A stretch of 64,000 bases of DNA from Kondoa subrosea (taxonomy: Eukaryota): positions 2,055,060 to 2,119,059 of the forward strand of contig BCIN01000003.1 in the NCBI GenBank assembly GCA_039545335.1, read 5' to 3'. Position 1 is the stretch's first letter. Each line of letters opens with the position of its first letter. Below, piece by piece: positions 12,508-25,768 of the stretch. The notes below the pieces were generated by a model. It was not told where the DNA came from and searched no databases. It saw nothing but the letters and a program-made list of their open reading frames with translations. The translations under genes and the position numbers were made by a program.

Positions 12508-13530
12508 ATGTCACTGCACCCGCTTTCGCCTCCAACTCCTCGCCTGGACAAGCTGGTTCGTCTAGGATCAACATGGAGTGGCAGTGCGTCTCAAGAGAGC
12601 AGCTTCCCTCAAAGATACATCTCTGATCATGTGAATGTGCTCCAGCTGACAAGCAGTTCATGTTAATCCAATACGCTAGCAAACTCGTAGCTTTATCATT
12701 AGCTACTCCTCGCTTGCAATCACTCTTTTCTAAACCTCGTTATCAAGCTCTTGCTCTCTCTTTATCGCGTCTATCAAGCTTGACAGCGGACTATAGAGTC
12801 TTCTTGCGCTTGTTTGGTTTGCTGCCTATCTTCAAATGGTACAGCACATCACAATATCCGCAAGGCAAGACTTCAGGTGGTGAATCTTTGATTGAGCAAC
12901 TGCAGATTTTGAGCATGTTGGCTTATTATCCTGTATGCCGCTCTATCCTTTTGAGTACTTCCAGATAAATACTCATCATACGCATATGTGTGTTGGATTC
13001 ATAGCTCGAACACTTTTGGTATCTCGCAACTCATAAAATCATCACTGGTTACCCTCAACCAACTCTCGACCGAATTTCACTTCTTTCATGTCGTTGTTGG
13101 GCAGCCTACGTTTTCCTGGACTTGTTTAAAGGATATCAAGATTCTCTTTCAACTTCATATGAAATCGCAGCTATAGAATCAAGTCCTTACCCTGTTGATC
13201 GAAAAGATGAAATGAGGAAAACTCTAGAAGCGCTCAAGGAGAACCAAGATGCTATTAGGAATAACGCGATTGTGAACGTGTGCTATGCTCCGTTGACTTT
13301 ACATTGGTAAGCTTTTATATTGATTCTGCTTCTCGTGCGATAGCTGACGTGAGATTGCCAACAGGTCTTTACCGCACGGTTTGTATTCCAACGAGATATG
13401 GACTCAAGCCTTTGGCACAATGGCTGCAGTAAGTCAGCTGCTAGTTCTACTACTGCGTGAATTAATGAATATGGCAGGTTTGGCAACTGAGGCAATTGTG
13501 GTAAATCTCGTTATAACACGCGCGAAATGA
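12508..13530 (+). CDS. PEX11: Peroxin PEX11 family protein (3' end uncertain)
   Basis: Spliced WSGTDKQFMLIQY, DYRVFLRLFGLLP, LAYYPLEH, SCRCWAAY, YAPLTLHWS. Confidence 0.75.
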
Positions 13531-13597
13531 ATGCATAATTATTATAATACAATCCGTCTATCTACAAAAGCCCGTTGCACATCCCTTCATTCGAGAT

Positions 13598-13973
13598 CTA
13601 AAAACCCATTTCCCTTAAGTTTTGACTGATTCTTGCGTCCATTTCCCTTCGCTTGTCTGCCTTTTGTTTCAGTCTAGCTTCTTCCAAGACCTCGATGTTC
13701 CTTTGCACCTTGGTCCGATTGAGTTCAGTTCCATAGGGATGCCGAGCTATGTGGAGAGGAAGTTGTGAAGAATGAGTCGAAGCTTCGAAATGCAAAAATG
13801 GGGCCCTGCTAAAGTATATTGATCAGCTGGGTTTGTTGAGAGGAAGGTTTGGGGAACACTTACGAGCTTCTCAGTGCCGTCTCTGTTGCAATTCCCTCGC
13901 TAGAAATGCGTCGCTCTTGCACATGATGTTTATTGAGAGTTTTCGACAAGAAAATCTTGAACCTGCGGAACAT
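13598..13973 (-). CDS. Small hypothetical protein (~100 aa, 2 exons)
   Basis: ATG 13973, GTAAGT..AG intron, charged helical C-terminus; CT-rich leader and TATATATAA box near 14075-14083 on the minus strand. Confidence 0.45.
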
Positions 13974-16081
13974 TGTGTTTGTTTGTAGGAGAGGATGAAG
14001 GTGTTTGTAGTGAATGTGAAGCAGGAAGTGAAGGTGATGAGAGAGAGAGAGAGAGGAGGGAAAGCAAAAGGTGTATTATATATACATTGCAAGTACAAAA
14101 AGCCAATCACATGAAGCTGCCCATTGTCGACAGTTCATGCACAAAAGGCATCAAGAGGGACGGCACCAAGGGGAACGTAATAGCTTTCGGACACATAGCA
14201 GTCGATCCAGATTAAAAGGAAGCAATCAATCGACCAATCTATGCTCCACCTTGACTTGCATTTGATATAGAAGCAACAATAATGGCATAGAAGAAGGCCG
14301 TAGAGCCTGGCCTCAGCGTTCTTGTATCTTCTTAGGGCGTTTTAGCAATTCCAGAATGCAAATCGCCTGATGACGTATATGCCATAGTGTACGGCTCGAT
14401 CAACAGGTGATGACTAGCTGGCGATGGCTATGATTCATATTAAGAACATGACAGAGAGTAAAGGCTGATAAGAATAGCTCAAAGAATAAATCCGAAGCAG
14501 AAACAAATCATAAAGGGGAGCTTTTAACTTGTTGACTGATAAGACAAGAGAAGTGACGCGTAGCTTGAGATTCGCTCGATATGGTGCGATGCAGCTCCCA
14601 GTGAGAAGATGAGAGCACGGGCCAAGTTCTCGAAATCGCCAATTAACGTCATTCAGGGAAGTTCTTGAAGCGGATCGCACAGTGATGTCTCAAGTATCAT
14701 CAGCAATAGATAGTGTAGCACAGAAAAACAGAAGACGAGAACGTTATGCGGTTCCGTCAACCTCCCTCTTTCTGCAGAACGCAAGCGTAAATGCATCATT
14801 TGGTCCGCGGTGTGGCTGCCAGCTTGCACGAGATAGGAGGATATAGACTATATCAGTGACAGGAGGAAGAGGAGGGCCAGGTGAAGAGGAGGAGCAAAAT
14901 GTGAGAATCTTGCTAATGAGGATTTGTTATCGCGGTGCAATTGAACGTAGTAGCATGTATACTTCGCTTCTGTCGATATTAGTTGAGATGCGAAGACACG
15001 GATAGGCGCAGCTTGCCTTCAATATCCACACATTGCTCTTTCTGATTGGTTCTGATTCATCTTGTCGCTTGTCCGATATAGCTACCTTATCCCTTTTCCT
15101 CACATAATCCTGATCTATACTTAGCTTCTTGTCCGACTACGCCTTGATGAGCGTAGCTCTTCCGGTTAGCCGCATGAATCCAGTTTGACCATTGGGTAGT
15201 TGGGGTATTAGCAGATCACCAATATCCTCTCTGCTCAGAATCAGCGAATAGCATCGTAGAGAAGGTAAAGACTGACCGATCGTCGTGACTCGTATTGGCC
15301 TATAATTGACAGTATTCGAACCAAAGCCAAAAAGAGCAATTGCCACGAGCAAGAGCATAGAAGAGCCACCAGTCCATGATCTCGAAAGAGGGAAGAGAGT
15401 GTCATGCACTGAACAGGGAAAGACAGCGATAATAACGCTCGACGCGAACAACAGCGAAAGTGTGATGAGTCATAAGATAAATGTGAATGGTAAAGTGCCT
15501 TAGAACGTCCTAGGTGCTGCTTCTACCAGCGTTCTTGCGCCTTGTTTGGGAATTGATGCAGACTGCCTATGGATGTGGATGAATATGTCATATTACACGG
15601 TTCGAAGCATTGCAAACTTACTGCAACATTCACCAAGAGCAAGAAGAATAGAATCGGAGCGATGAGATCACAAATTTCGTCCGTGCCAGCTGCATCGGTT
15701 GCCATTGCCAAAATTAACCTAATCTAGAGATCTAGAGATATGGAGGTTTGCAAGCTCTGGTGAGCTACTGAGACTAAGGCTGCAGGAGAGTATCCAGGGC
15801 GCTGTTGTCCGTTCATATCGTTTCTCTAGGTACAATGCTCCTTCAAGTTGAAAAATCCAGGTATGTTTCAGTTTCAGAATTTCATTCGGCACGTTTGTCA
15901 GACGGCACGAGGTGTTCTATTGTTCCGGATTCGTTCAGCTACAATATGCTCTTTCTCTAGTGGTAGTGTCAAGCCAAGAAGCCTAAAGTATTCCTGCTCG
16001 CGTTCGTGAGCTCGAAAACCATTCATGCTGCCTTATGCCAATTCTTTTCGCTTTTCCCCGCTTCTTGCTGCTTCTTGTCCT

Positions 16082-16983
16082 ATGATGCTGTTCTCTACTC
16101 TCCTCCTATCGGTTTTCGCAGCAGTCTCCGCGCAATCAGGATCAGCTGGTGCAATTCTGAGCGAAGCATCAAGTGCAGTAGGAAGCACTGCGAGCGCTCA
16201 AGCTAGTTCAGCTCCAGTTGCTGGTGGATCTGATAATTGCACCTACACACAAGGATTACCTGAGAATCTCAAGTGTCAAGCTCTTGGTTTACCTCCGCCA
16301 ACACTTTCTGCTGACTTTCGAGTTTCTGCTTCACTGTATGCTCCTATTGTCATTGGATCAGTAGATGGTGGTCTAAGACGTTGGGTCAACTTTGTATGCA
16401 TTTCCTTCTCGCACTTATGCTTGACTGAAATTGGTACAGAACAACTCAAACGATGCTCCAAGTGAGGGGAACTATTTCTCTGCTACTTGGGGATCAGGCA
16501 CGCTTGTAGGAGGAGGTCAAGACAACCAACTGGTCTTACCAGTAAGTCCTATAAGTCCAGTAACAAACCTCACTGATTTGTGAAGAACAATGTTACTCAA
16601 TTGGACACTCAATACCTCTTAAAGACAAATGATACCGAACCTGCTTATATTCAAATGCATACTTTCGGTTACCGAAGCTCTGAAGATCCTTCAGTACTAG
16701 CAAGGTTGTTCAATCCAGCAACAGCTTCATCTGTCTCACCTTACGAATATCAATGTATGCTTCTTTTTACTTCAGTTTCAATTCTACATATCGCTGATTT
16801 CCTGAAAGTCCTTCTATACGTCTACATGCAAACAGGATCTGAGAAGTATGCTTTCCTGAATACGGCAATGTGGGTAGCTTCTGGCACGAGGAGGGGCTCG
16901 GCAGGTCAGTCTGAGTGCCATAATATCAGGCTCTGCTAACATACATTCTAGTCATATATGACGCGTATCGTATAAGCAGCTGA
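16082..16983 (+). CDS. DUF3237 (UPF0311) beta-barrel protein with signal peptide
   Basis: MMLFSTLLLSVFAAVSAQ signal; YLLKTNDTEPAYIQ, QTGSEKYAFLNTAMWVASG, VIYDAYRI. Confidence 0.75.
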
Positions 16984-17017
16984 TCGAGGAAAGAGGTCGT
17001 AAATGATTCGCGGGACA

Positions 17018-17059
17018 AAAAGATATCGTGTGCAAATGAAAAGATATCGTGTGTAAATA
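17018..17059. repeat. Two-copy ~21-bp tandem duplication
   Basis: aaaagatatcgtgtg(c/t)aaat repeated head to tail between two convergent 3' ends. Confidence 0.7.
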
Positions 17060-17121
17060 GTCAGTGACAGTAACAAGCGGTAAAGTCAGAGCAACGGTTA
17101 CTATTATTCAATGCATGGCAA

Positions 17122-18452
17122 TCAATCAGTCTCCATTGACCCAGGTGCAGTTTCCTCAGGTTTAACATCTCCTTCACCTCCTTCCGTTGTGGTGGCAGAA
17201 GCAGACGCAGCAGCATTAGCAGCTTCATTCCTCGATTCGCTCGTTTCTTTAGGTCCCAATTTGTCCAAATAAGATTTCAGATCGTCTCCTTCCAAGATAT
17301 GGAAATTCTTTTGCGTTCCCCATTCTGGTACTTCGGTAATCGATACTTTGGTAATAAGACCTAAAACTGAAGGATCTTCTTCTACATCTTTCGATGCTTG
17401 AGGCGGAGGTGAAATGACGCCCTGTAAACATTCGTAGCTAAACCAATTGGACAAAACAGAAAGGGATGGAAATTTACGACCGAAGTGTTATCTCCTGTTA
17501 GATCTTTATCTTGTTGTAATGTCTCACGTAAAGCTTTCAATCCATGCATGATTAGCCCTTCAGCATCACAAGCCGCAAATTCGGAAAGATGTCGTTCGAG
17601 GTAAGTTCTTGCTGATTGAGATCGAGCACCAATAGACATAGCTAGGTATTCGAGCATAGTTCCGGAGGGTGTGAATTCAATAAGATGCGGTCCTGCTTCC
17701 TGTCCATTTTAACGAACAAAATCAGCTGATTCTGATGAAAGTCCGCTCAAACGAACATCGTAACCCGCAACTAGAAAACCGACACCATAAGGCCTTCTTC
17801 CATACTGTTGAGTGTTGACTTGCGCGCCTGTAAGTCAAATACTCCTCTATAATCTCGCTATACGAGATTGAATAAAGAAATGCTTACGATCAGCAATGCT
17901 TCCAACTACTCTGTTCACAGGTATCGGTCTTGCATGCAACATTCGTTCAGTCATTGCTTGCTGCCTCATGAAATTGCTCAACACCCTCGCATCACTCGTT
18001 AAACCAGCAATAGCAATTCCAATGTGATCATCTATTCTAATGAGTTTCTTTTGATAGGAAGCTAGTTCGCCAGTTGATCTCTGTTCGACCCCAGGTCTCT
18101 GAACAAAACACTCCAGAGTGCAGTTGCAAGAGAGGAACGAACCTTCAATGCAAGTAAGACGACATGCGTGTCTGATCGTAAGCCAACAGCAGCAGAACCT
18201 TGCTTGACTGCTTCTAAAGCGTATTCTACTTGATGTAATCGACCTTGTGGACTGTACCAAGTCTTAGCTATAGGTTACTACGAGCGAGAAGAGATGCTCA
18301 CCTAAAGGTAGTTGCGCTGTACGGCCGGATTAGAAGTCAAGCCTTCAAAGGGCATTACGCTATCATCACGTACTCGCTGTCATAGGAATTTCGAAACTGT
18401 ATGGCCTTGGATTAGCGATTCGAAGACTGCTCGAACTTGACGAGCTCACCAT
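17122..18452 (-). CDS. PRE5: 20S proteasome subunit alpha-6 (PSMA1/PRE5)
   Basis: [60 protein letters not shown]. Confidence 0.95.
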
Positions 18453-18796
18453 GCTGCAACAGAATCAAGGCAAGATAATCTGAGTCCGATATCAGGATCT
18501 GTATACTGCACCATTCTGCACGAATACGCACCTAGTAAAGCCTTGCAGAATGAAAGAATGGCAACAGTTAACCCTTTACGAATCTCACCTTGGGTTGACG
18601 CGGCCCGGTGAAATGTCAATCTATCACACTCTGACCCTAATTTCAAAACCTCTTCTTTCTTACTCCTCTCAAGTCCAAGCGAAGGCGTCAGCACCTGCAA
18701 CCTAGCTGATCCAGATCTGATCTCATCAAACGCCCACTTCCAAGTCAATTCAAACCATCAGAACGTCTTCATCCTACTTTTCCTACTTTGCTCTTT

Positions 18797-19628
18797 ATGC
18801 GGCCTCTAACAGAGACAGAAACCAAGGCAAGCATTGTGTCTACTCTAGCCCGAACATCATTTCACAGTCATGAATATAGACACTCTTTGCCAAATTAGCT
18901 CTCTACCTTGGATCAAACCTCGTCCATCTGATAGACAGAACGGATGATCCACATTGTTTTCGTTTACACAGGGATAGAGTTTATTATGTTTCTGAACCTT
19001 TGATGAGGAAAGCGATTTCTGTTGCGAGACCTAATTTGATTTCTTTGGGTACTTGTTTGGGCAAATTCAGCAAAAGTGGGAAATTCAGGTTACATATTAC
19101 TGCTTTGGATTGGTTGGCCAAGTTTGCAAAATACAAGGTGCGCTCCGATTCGAGGTTTCCTTTGTTGAATCAAACTAAATTATCGGACGAATGTTTGACA
19201 GGTTTGGATCAAACCGAATGGAGAAATGCCGTATCTCTATGGAAATCATGTAGTCAAGGCGCATTTGGGAAGGATAACGGAGGATACACCGGAACATCAA
19301 GGTGTAGTGATGTTCAGTATGAATGATATACCTTTGGTGAGCACTGCCAATCAACTCAAGCCAAACTTGTGCTGATTGACGTGTGTGTTCACAGGGCTTT
19401 GGAGTGACCTCAAGATCAACATTAGACACACGGAAACTAGATCCCACGGCGATCATAGTCTTCAATCAAGCGTGAGCTTTTTCACACTTCTGTCCCGTTT
19501 CGAAATCTGAATTTCTGCTCAGTGACATTGGAGAGTATTTGCGTGACGAGGTTCGTTCTATGCACATATGCCACTTTGCATTACAAGCAAGCTAATCAAA
19601 CAATATGACGCAGGATACCCTTTTCTAA
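18797..19628 (+). CDS. NIP7: 60S ribosome biogenesis protein NIP7
   Basis: [55 protein letters not shown]. Confidence 0.95.
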
Positions 19629-19755
19629 CTTTTATTCCTTGTGCTATTAGAATTTTAGACCACTTGTAATCATAAGTTTTCTTCTTGTGAACTAGCCCAC
19701 TAAAAATCGCATCTTTATAATATTGTAACAATTCTCAATCTTGATTTCCTTTTCC

Positions 19756-22700
19756 TCATCTAGGTCGACCTGCTCCTCTTCTTACACCACCTTGATTTCC
19801 ACCACCTCTCGGATTACCAGATGAAGGTCCAGAACTTCTGTTGAACTCTGCTCTTCTTGGACCATCGTTCTCACTAGCAGACAAAGGTGGTAGTCTTCTG
19901 TCATCTTTTGGACCTGGTCGATCGAAATAAGCTGGTCGATCTCCTCTTTCCCTTTCTCTATCATAGACTGAAGGTGGTGGAGGAGGGTAAGAAGTAGGAG
20001 GGAAACCTCGACCTCCTTCGCCAGGATAGATTGGTAGACCGTCCATGTCAACATCGTAAGCTGGAGCTACTCGATCGTATTCATATCGACCATAATAAGG
20101 ATCCACATAAGCTCCTGGAGGGGGAGGATAATAGGCAGCTGCGTCTCGATCGAAAGCCGCAACAGGTGGAGGAAAGGGTGAGCGAACAGCGTCGAAAGGC
20201 GGATAAGCTGCTGCTGCAGGAGGCGGATAGGCGCGAGGATCTTCCAAGTAGCGATCGTGAGGTGCTGGAGGCCAATCTCTGGGCGGCAGAAGACCACGAG
20301 AAGAACGCAAGTCTTCTCTTGGTCCGAAGCGAGGATCATCTCGAGGATCCAGTCTTGGAAGTGGGCTTGAACAGAGTCAAATACAGGACTCTCAAGGTGA
20401 CATATGACACGACTCACGGTCTATCATATCTATCATGGTCCATATCATAGCGCGGATCTGGGAAATAGGGAGCGGGTCCACGAGCACGGAAATCGTCTTC
20501 GCGAAGAGGTGGAGATCTTGGACGAAGTGGTCCACGATCAGTAGAGCGGTCCAAGGGTCGGTCAAGCGGAGGCAAACGATCACTTGGAGGACCTCGTTCA
20601 ATTCGGCTGTTCAACGAACGGTCTAGACGATCAACGGGTGGTCTATCATACACAGGTCGGTCTCCAGCTGAATGAATATCTTGGACAGGAGCTCGACCGC
20701 GGTTGTCGCTAAGGTGTGAGCCAGAAGGTGTTCGATCTGCTCCATTTCTATTTCCGTTATAGCTAGCTCGATCATTTGCTGGCGCAGCTCTGTCTGCAGG
20801 CGTTGGGCCACGTCCGACTGATCCTTGGCTACGTCCAGATTGACCACGATAAGGAGAAGAATTGCGTTGAGCACGATTGTTATCAACAGAACGATTATCT
20901 TGCTGCAAAGCTTTACCTTGATTGTCGTTAGATCGAGCAGGTCTGTTATCTTGTTCTATTCGGCTTTGCAAAGAGCGCTCATCACCCTTCTTAGTTCTAC
21001 CAAACTCGTCCGCTTCTGAGCTGTTTGTCTGAGGTGTGTCGGCTGGAGCAATACGGGCAGAAAGAGGAGCAGAAAGGCCCAGACGAGCTGACAAAGGTAC
21101 ATCCGAAGTTCGATCAGTATCTTTGGGTGGCCAAGATTCACCCTTTTGAGCATTATCACGATTACGATCATTTGGATTGATCCAATTTCGCGCTGGCTGA
21201 CGAAGATTATCTGAAGAAGGCTCCACTCTATCCAATAAACGACGTTTAGAACCGTTTCCAGATCGATCCAACTCATCAGCCGATCTCTTTTGCTGAACGG
21301 TTGACACGATGCTCTTGCTGCCCTTTTCACTCAATCGATCACTCAGACTCAGACCAGTAGTTGGTGATAGGAAGTCCTGAGAAAGACTTGAGTTGTAAGG
21401 TGGGGTATGATCGCCAGAATTAGGTGCAAGAGGAGTAGGACGAGCAGGTTTTGTAGCATCTCTCGCTTGAGAAGAGCTTTGTACATCAGAATTGGTGGTC
21501 TGAGCCTGTTTGGCTTCTGGCTTTGTTGTCGTTGAAGAAGCCACAGATGCACGACGGAATTCTGCTTTGCCGTTGGACGACCTGGTAAACTCTGCTTTGC
21601 CACTTTCGGTCGGTGCGAAGTTTCCTTGCTTCGCATCGGATCGCACATTTGTTCTGCCAGTCATGGAGCGAACAAGCTCGCTTCTATCGCGCGATTGGGA
21701 GCCAGTATCTACCGAAGCAGGAGAAGGCGAGATGTTGCGCGGATTGCTCACTGGTTTGTCATTCTTCTTGCCGCTGTTGTGGTCTGAAAGTTTTGCACTA
21801 CTAGAGGTCGAAGCCATATCTTTTGGCACAGGTGGTCTGCTCAAAGAACGGTTGCGAGAATCGCGAAAAGGAGGAGAAGCAGAACGGCGACGAGAACGGT
21901 CGGAGCCGCCATCTTGTTGTCTTTGTTCTTGCGCAAGAGCAGCGACTTCTTCTTTAGTCTTAAATCTAGAAGCAATATCTTTTGTTGGAACAATATCAGG
22001 CTTGGATTCAGAATTCGGAGAGGCTGTGTCCCATGGGCTTTTGATTTCTTTCTTAAAGCCAGGAAGAAAGGCGGAAGAAGGTTCTCCCCAAGGAGCAAAC
22101 GAATTAGGTTCTTTAGCTGGTTGAGATCGAGTTTGAGCTGGAGCAGATTGAGGTACTACGGGTGAAACTTCTTGCTGATCTATAGATTTGGCTCGCTGTT
22201 GCAATGGAGCTGTCTTGGGACCATCAGACTGCTTCGAGCCCTGCTCAGCTACTGGTTTGGACTCCTTATGTTCGACTGAAGCCCGATCAAGACTAGCAGG
22301 TACGTTCAAAACAGAGTCTTTGAGTTGAAGTCCGGCAGAAGCAGTTTGCTGTTTTAAATAATTGAAATTGTGCGTTCTCTGGCGTTCCAATGTTTGCCTA
22401 TACTCTTTTTCTTTCCTCGCTGCTTTCGGTCCAGTGGGCACGCCATTTGTATCATAATCATCTTGCTGCTCAGTAGGCTTGAATACTTGAGGTACATCTG
22501 CTGACAGAGCAGGCTTTGGTGATTGGACAAACTGCTCTGGACCATCTAGTCGGATGGAAGAAGGAGGAGGTGCATAAAAAGCGTTTTGACCAGCAAGGAT
22601 CTCTGCTTTAAGCTTTTGTAACTTTTCCAGATCAGTAAGAGGAAGCGGAGCAGCAGAAGTCGTTGGCTGCTGATGAGAGACTCCAGCAGAACTCGGTTGT

Positions 22701-22840
22701 GGTTGCAAATACGCCGGATATTCATGACTTTGACCATAAGACCATTCAGCAGGTTGATAGCCAAAGGCATTGAAATTGCGAGGAAGAGCATCGAAAGTAG
22801 GTTTAGCTGGCAAGCCAGCAGGCGATTTCATATCTGCCAT
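19756..22840 (-). CDS. Large low-complexity S/P/R/D-rich protein with RGG-like tail
   Basis: 849-aa and 184-aa ORFs joined by a GTGAGT intron near 20418; LEKLQKLKAEILAGQN helix, repeated L.xRL motifs. Confidence 0.7.
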
Positions 22841-23264
22841 CTTTTTGGACTGCATTGCGCTGTCTGAGCCTTGCAGGACCTTGACAGACTTCCATTCACG
22901 TACAAAGTAGTGCAAGGAAGCAAGAAGAGCCAATGTACTGTGGAAATCGAAAAACTTGAACACGAGGACTGTATAAGAATGAGCTGGAAGTCGGAGCCAG
23001 ACTCTCGTGCTGGAGACTACGGTAGCCTATATGTATGCGGGTCAGTCTGTACTAGCGTAATCACGATATCACAGTGTCGAGAAAAGGGTCACAGATGAAT
23101 GCAACTAAAGTTTAAATGTTTTCGGAAAGCCTGCCCAAAGCATAGCGCAAAAGGAGACATGAAATGCTATGCAGCTAGGCGTGCAATTGCAAGAAATAGC
23201 TAAGCCCAATACAGCCGAACTACGCGCGACCGATCTCAGAGATCCCTCTCATCCAATGAATGAT

Positions 23265-23893
23265 TTAGAATCTGCACAGATGGATTAAAATGAGAGCACG
23301 AAAGTGACAGTGAGAATACTGACCTGAGTTGCTGGAAGAACCAAGCATTCTTGCCTGTCGTGTATCGCTCTACGAATAGCTTGTTGATTTGCTTCTTGGC
23401 TTCAACCTTTTGTTCCTCCTATATATAAGCCAGTGAGCATTATGTTATCCAAGCTGGTGTCGAGGTGACGAACCTCTTTGAAAGTTTCGTTTGAGACAAG
23501 ACCTTTTAGACCTTCGAGTTCAAGAGCATAACGGGTTGGCATAAGGTGGTTGTAGTTGACGGCCTGCAGAAGGGCGGGCTGAGAGTCAGAACAACGATCA
23601 CATAGGGCAATTTGCTGCCTACCTTGATGAAAGGCTTGATGTGCGAACGCTTTTGAATTTTCTTTGCTCCCATTCCTCTTGTGACCTTCCTTGGGTATCT
23701 CTCAATGCCAGCAACAATTGCGTGAGGGTAAGGCCTTTCTTTTGTTCCTTCATCAGCCTGCTTGATGACCACAACTTTCTTGCCTGCGAATCGGCCTGAA
23801 AGCACGACAGCGACCTATTGTCATAGGCTTTAGCTCTATCCCATCTATTCAGTGCTTGTGATGTACCTTTCCTGGTTTGTAGATCTTGGGCAT
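23265..23893 (-). CDS. RPL27: 60S ribosomal protein L27 (eL27)
   Basis: [52 protein letters not shown]. Confidence 0.96.
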
Positions 23894-24208
23894 TGTAGGC
23901 TAAAGACAAGCAAACGGAAATTTCAGCACAATTCTGTCGAATACAGCAATCTTTCCGGATAGAGCACGGCCCAAAGTGCATAGAGTATGTCAGAGAAGCG
24001 CGACAGCCAATTCCGGCTCGAATACGGGTCAGTCTGGCTGGTCTTGAGTGATCTGCCCATGTAGCAAGCATTTTCGTTAAACAGCGAGAGATATCGCTTG
24101 TTGCTTGGTATCTCGGAAGTGTACATCTAGAGCAGCAGACTGTGCGCTTACATTGTGATGTGCTGATTGGTGGAAGGATCAAAGTGGACTTGAGAGCGAA
24201 TTTTTTCT

Positions 24209-25574
24209 CTACCTTTGCGGAAATCGGCCATGCCCGAGAGATCCTTGCAATGAAGAGATTCTGGTGTGGAATTTCTCAATGGTTATAAGAGACGCAGCGC
24301 ATGCATTACAAATGTTACAATCATGTATTGGCAAAATTAAGGAACAATGCTTTCTTTCATCTACTTCGTGAGGCCGTTGCATTGCTTTGACGGCATGCAA
24401 GAACACGCCCAAACCTTTCATGTTAGAGATATCGGCAGCAGGTTCACCAGTAGCACAAGGATTGCGCAAATCGATGGTCGCTGCCCCTTCTGCTAGACTG
24501 GGAATATCGGAAGTGACAGATTTTTCCAATGAGTTCATATTTCGTTGGTCTCGAGCAGAATGTAGGTGCATACCGGATGTTGTAGAGTTTTCCAGCAAGC
24601 TGAAATGTCTGTCGAAGACTGGTAGCCGAAGAACTTCTGGAGAGAGGCGAATGTCGAAGGATAAAGCGCTAAACAAAGGGAAGCTTGGAAGGCGATATTC
24701 ACGCAGCTCGTTGAGCATGCAGGCAATTTCGCTTGGAGATGCTTCTTTCCAGCCGTGAGAAAGGTCGAATGGATTACCGATCCTTGCGATACATTTCCAT
24801 TGAGAGCCTTTCAGCAGTGTTAGATTGATGCAGCAGACCACTGAAGATACTTACCTGTTCGTAATGCATGACAGACTCCACCAATCAGCATCTCCTCGAC
24901 TACTTCTTCACCTTGCCCTCTACCTGACCGTCGCAGAGTCCAATGTAAATCTCGATATTGTGGGAACGTGAACTGCGAATTAGGATTGCGCTGTGGTATA
25001 ACGCATTGTCATCAGTATTAGTATATCTCGGACGTCCGTATGTATGACTCACAAAAAAACGCAATAGATGCGCGAGTTCGTGAAAACATTTCGCTAGCAT
25101 CGTGCCAAGTATCGCTACAGCGCTATCTCGCTTCACGGACACTTCCTGCTGCGTCATCGCTTGACCGTTCTGCAGAGCGGTAATGATTTCTTGATACCCA
25201 TCGTGCAGCAAGGTCGTGAAGTAAATTTTGGGCCTTAGACTTTGAGCTCTATCGCGGACAAAGGCATAGCAAACTTGGCATTGCTGGTGCGTCAGCTCGT
25301 ATCTGATCAGCTGGAGAATATCATTGAATGCTCGAGCAATTTGATAGTCGATTGTTGGTGTGTAGGGGGAATCAGGCAGTGAATAGTTGTAGTATGAGGC
25401 GAAGAAGGGCTGTCGAACGTCCGCGAAGTCTTGATGCGGGTGTGCTAGAATGCGCAGAACACGATCCAGGATTGTTGGCCAACTTGATTGAACGAGTGTG
25501 CCACCACAAAGGATAACGCGTGGAGGGCACAATGATTGCAAGTATGTCAATGCTGTTTGTGCTGGAGAAATCAT
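24209..25574 (-). CDS. Hypothetical protein with HExxH zincin-like motif
   Basis: Exon 1 ends CFHELAHLLRFF; exon 2 contains GQGEEVVEEMLIGG; 3' exon boundaries uncertain. Confidence 0.55.
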
Positions 25575-25768
25575 TTCCGGCTGTGAGTGTGCTCTTGACG
25601 CTTTTCAGAATAAACACATGGTTGCTTGGAATGCCACGATGGAGACTTGATGATTGTAAGTTATGCCCTGACAATCGGCGCCGCAATGCAACGGAACGCT
25701 CTTCCTCAAGGAATGCTATGCTATTTCTTGTTTTACTACTATTCTGTATTATCAGCTTTGATATATCA

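Noticed and set aside
14036..14060. (GA)n run
   Set aside because: Short microsatellite/CT-rich leader typical of fungal 5' UTRs
19782..22867. Many antisense/alternative-frame ORFs over low-complexity genes (also 60855-62963)
   Set aside because: Shadow ORFs caused by codon bias of S/P/R/E-rich coding sequence; no family motifs
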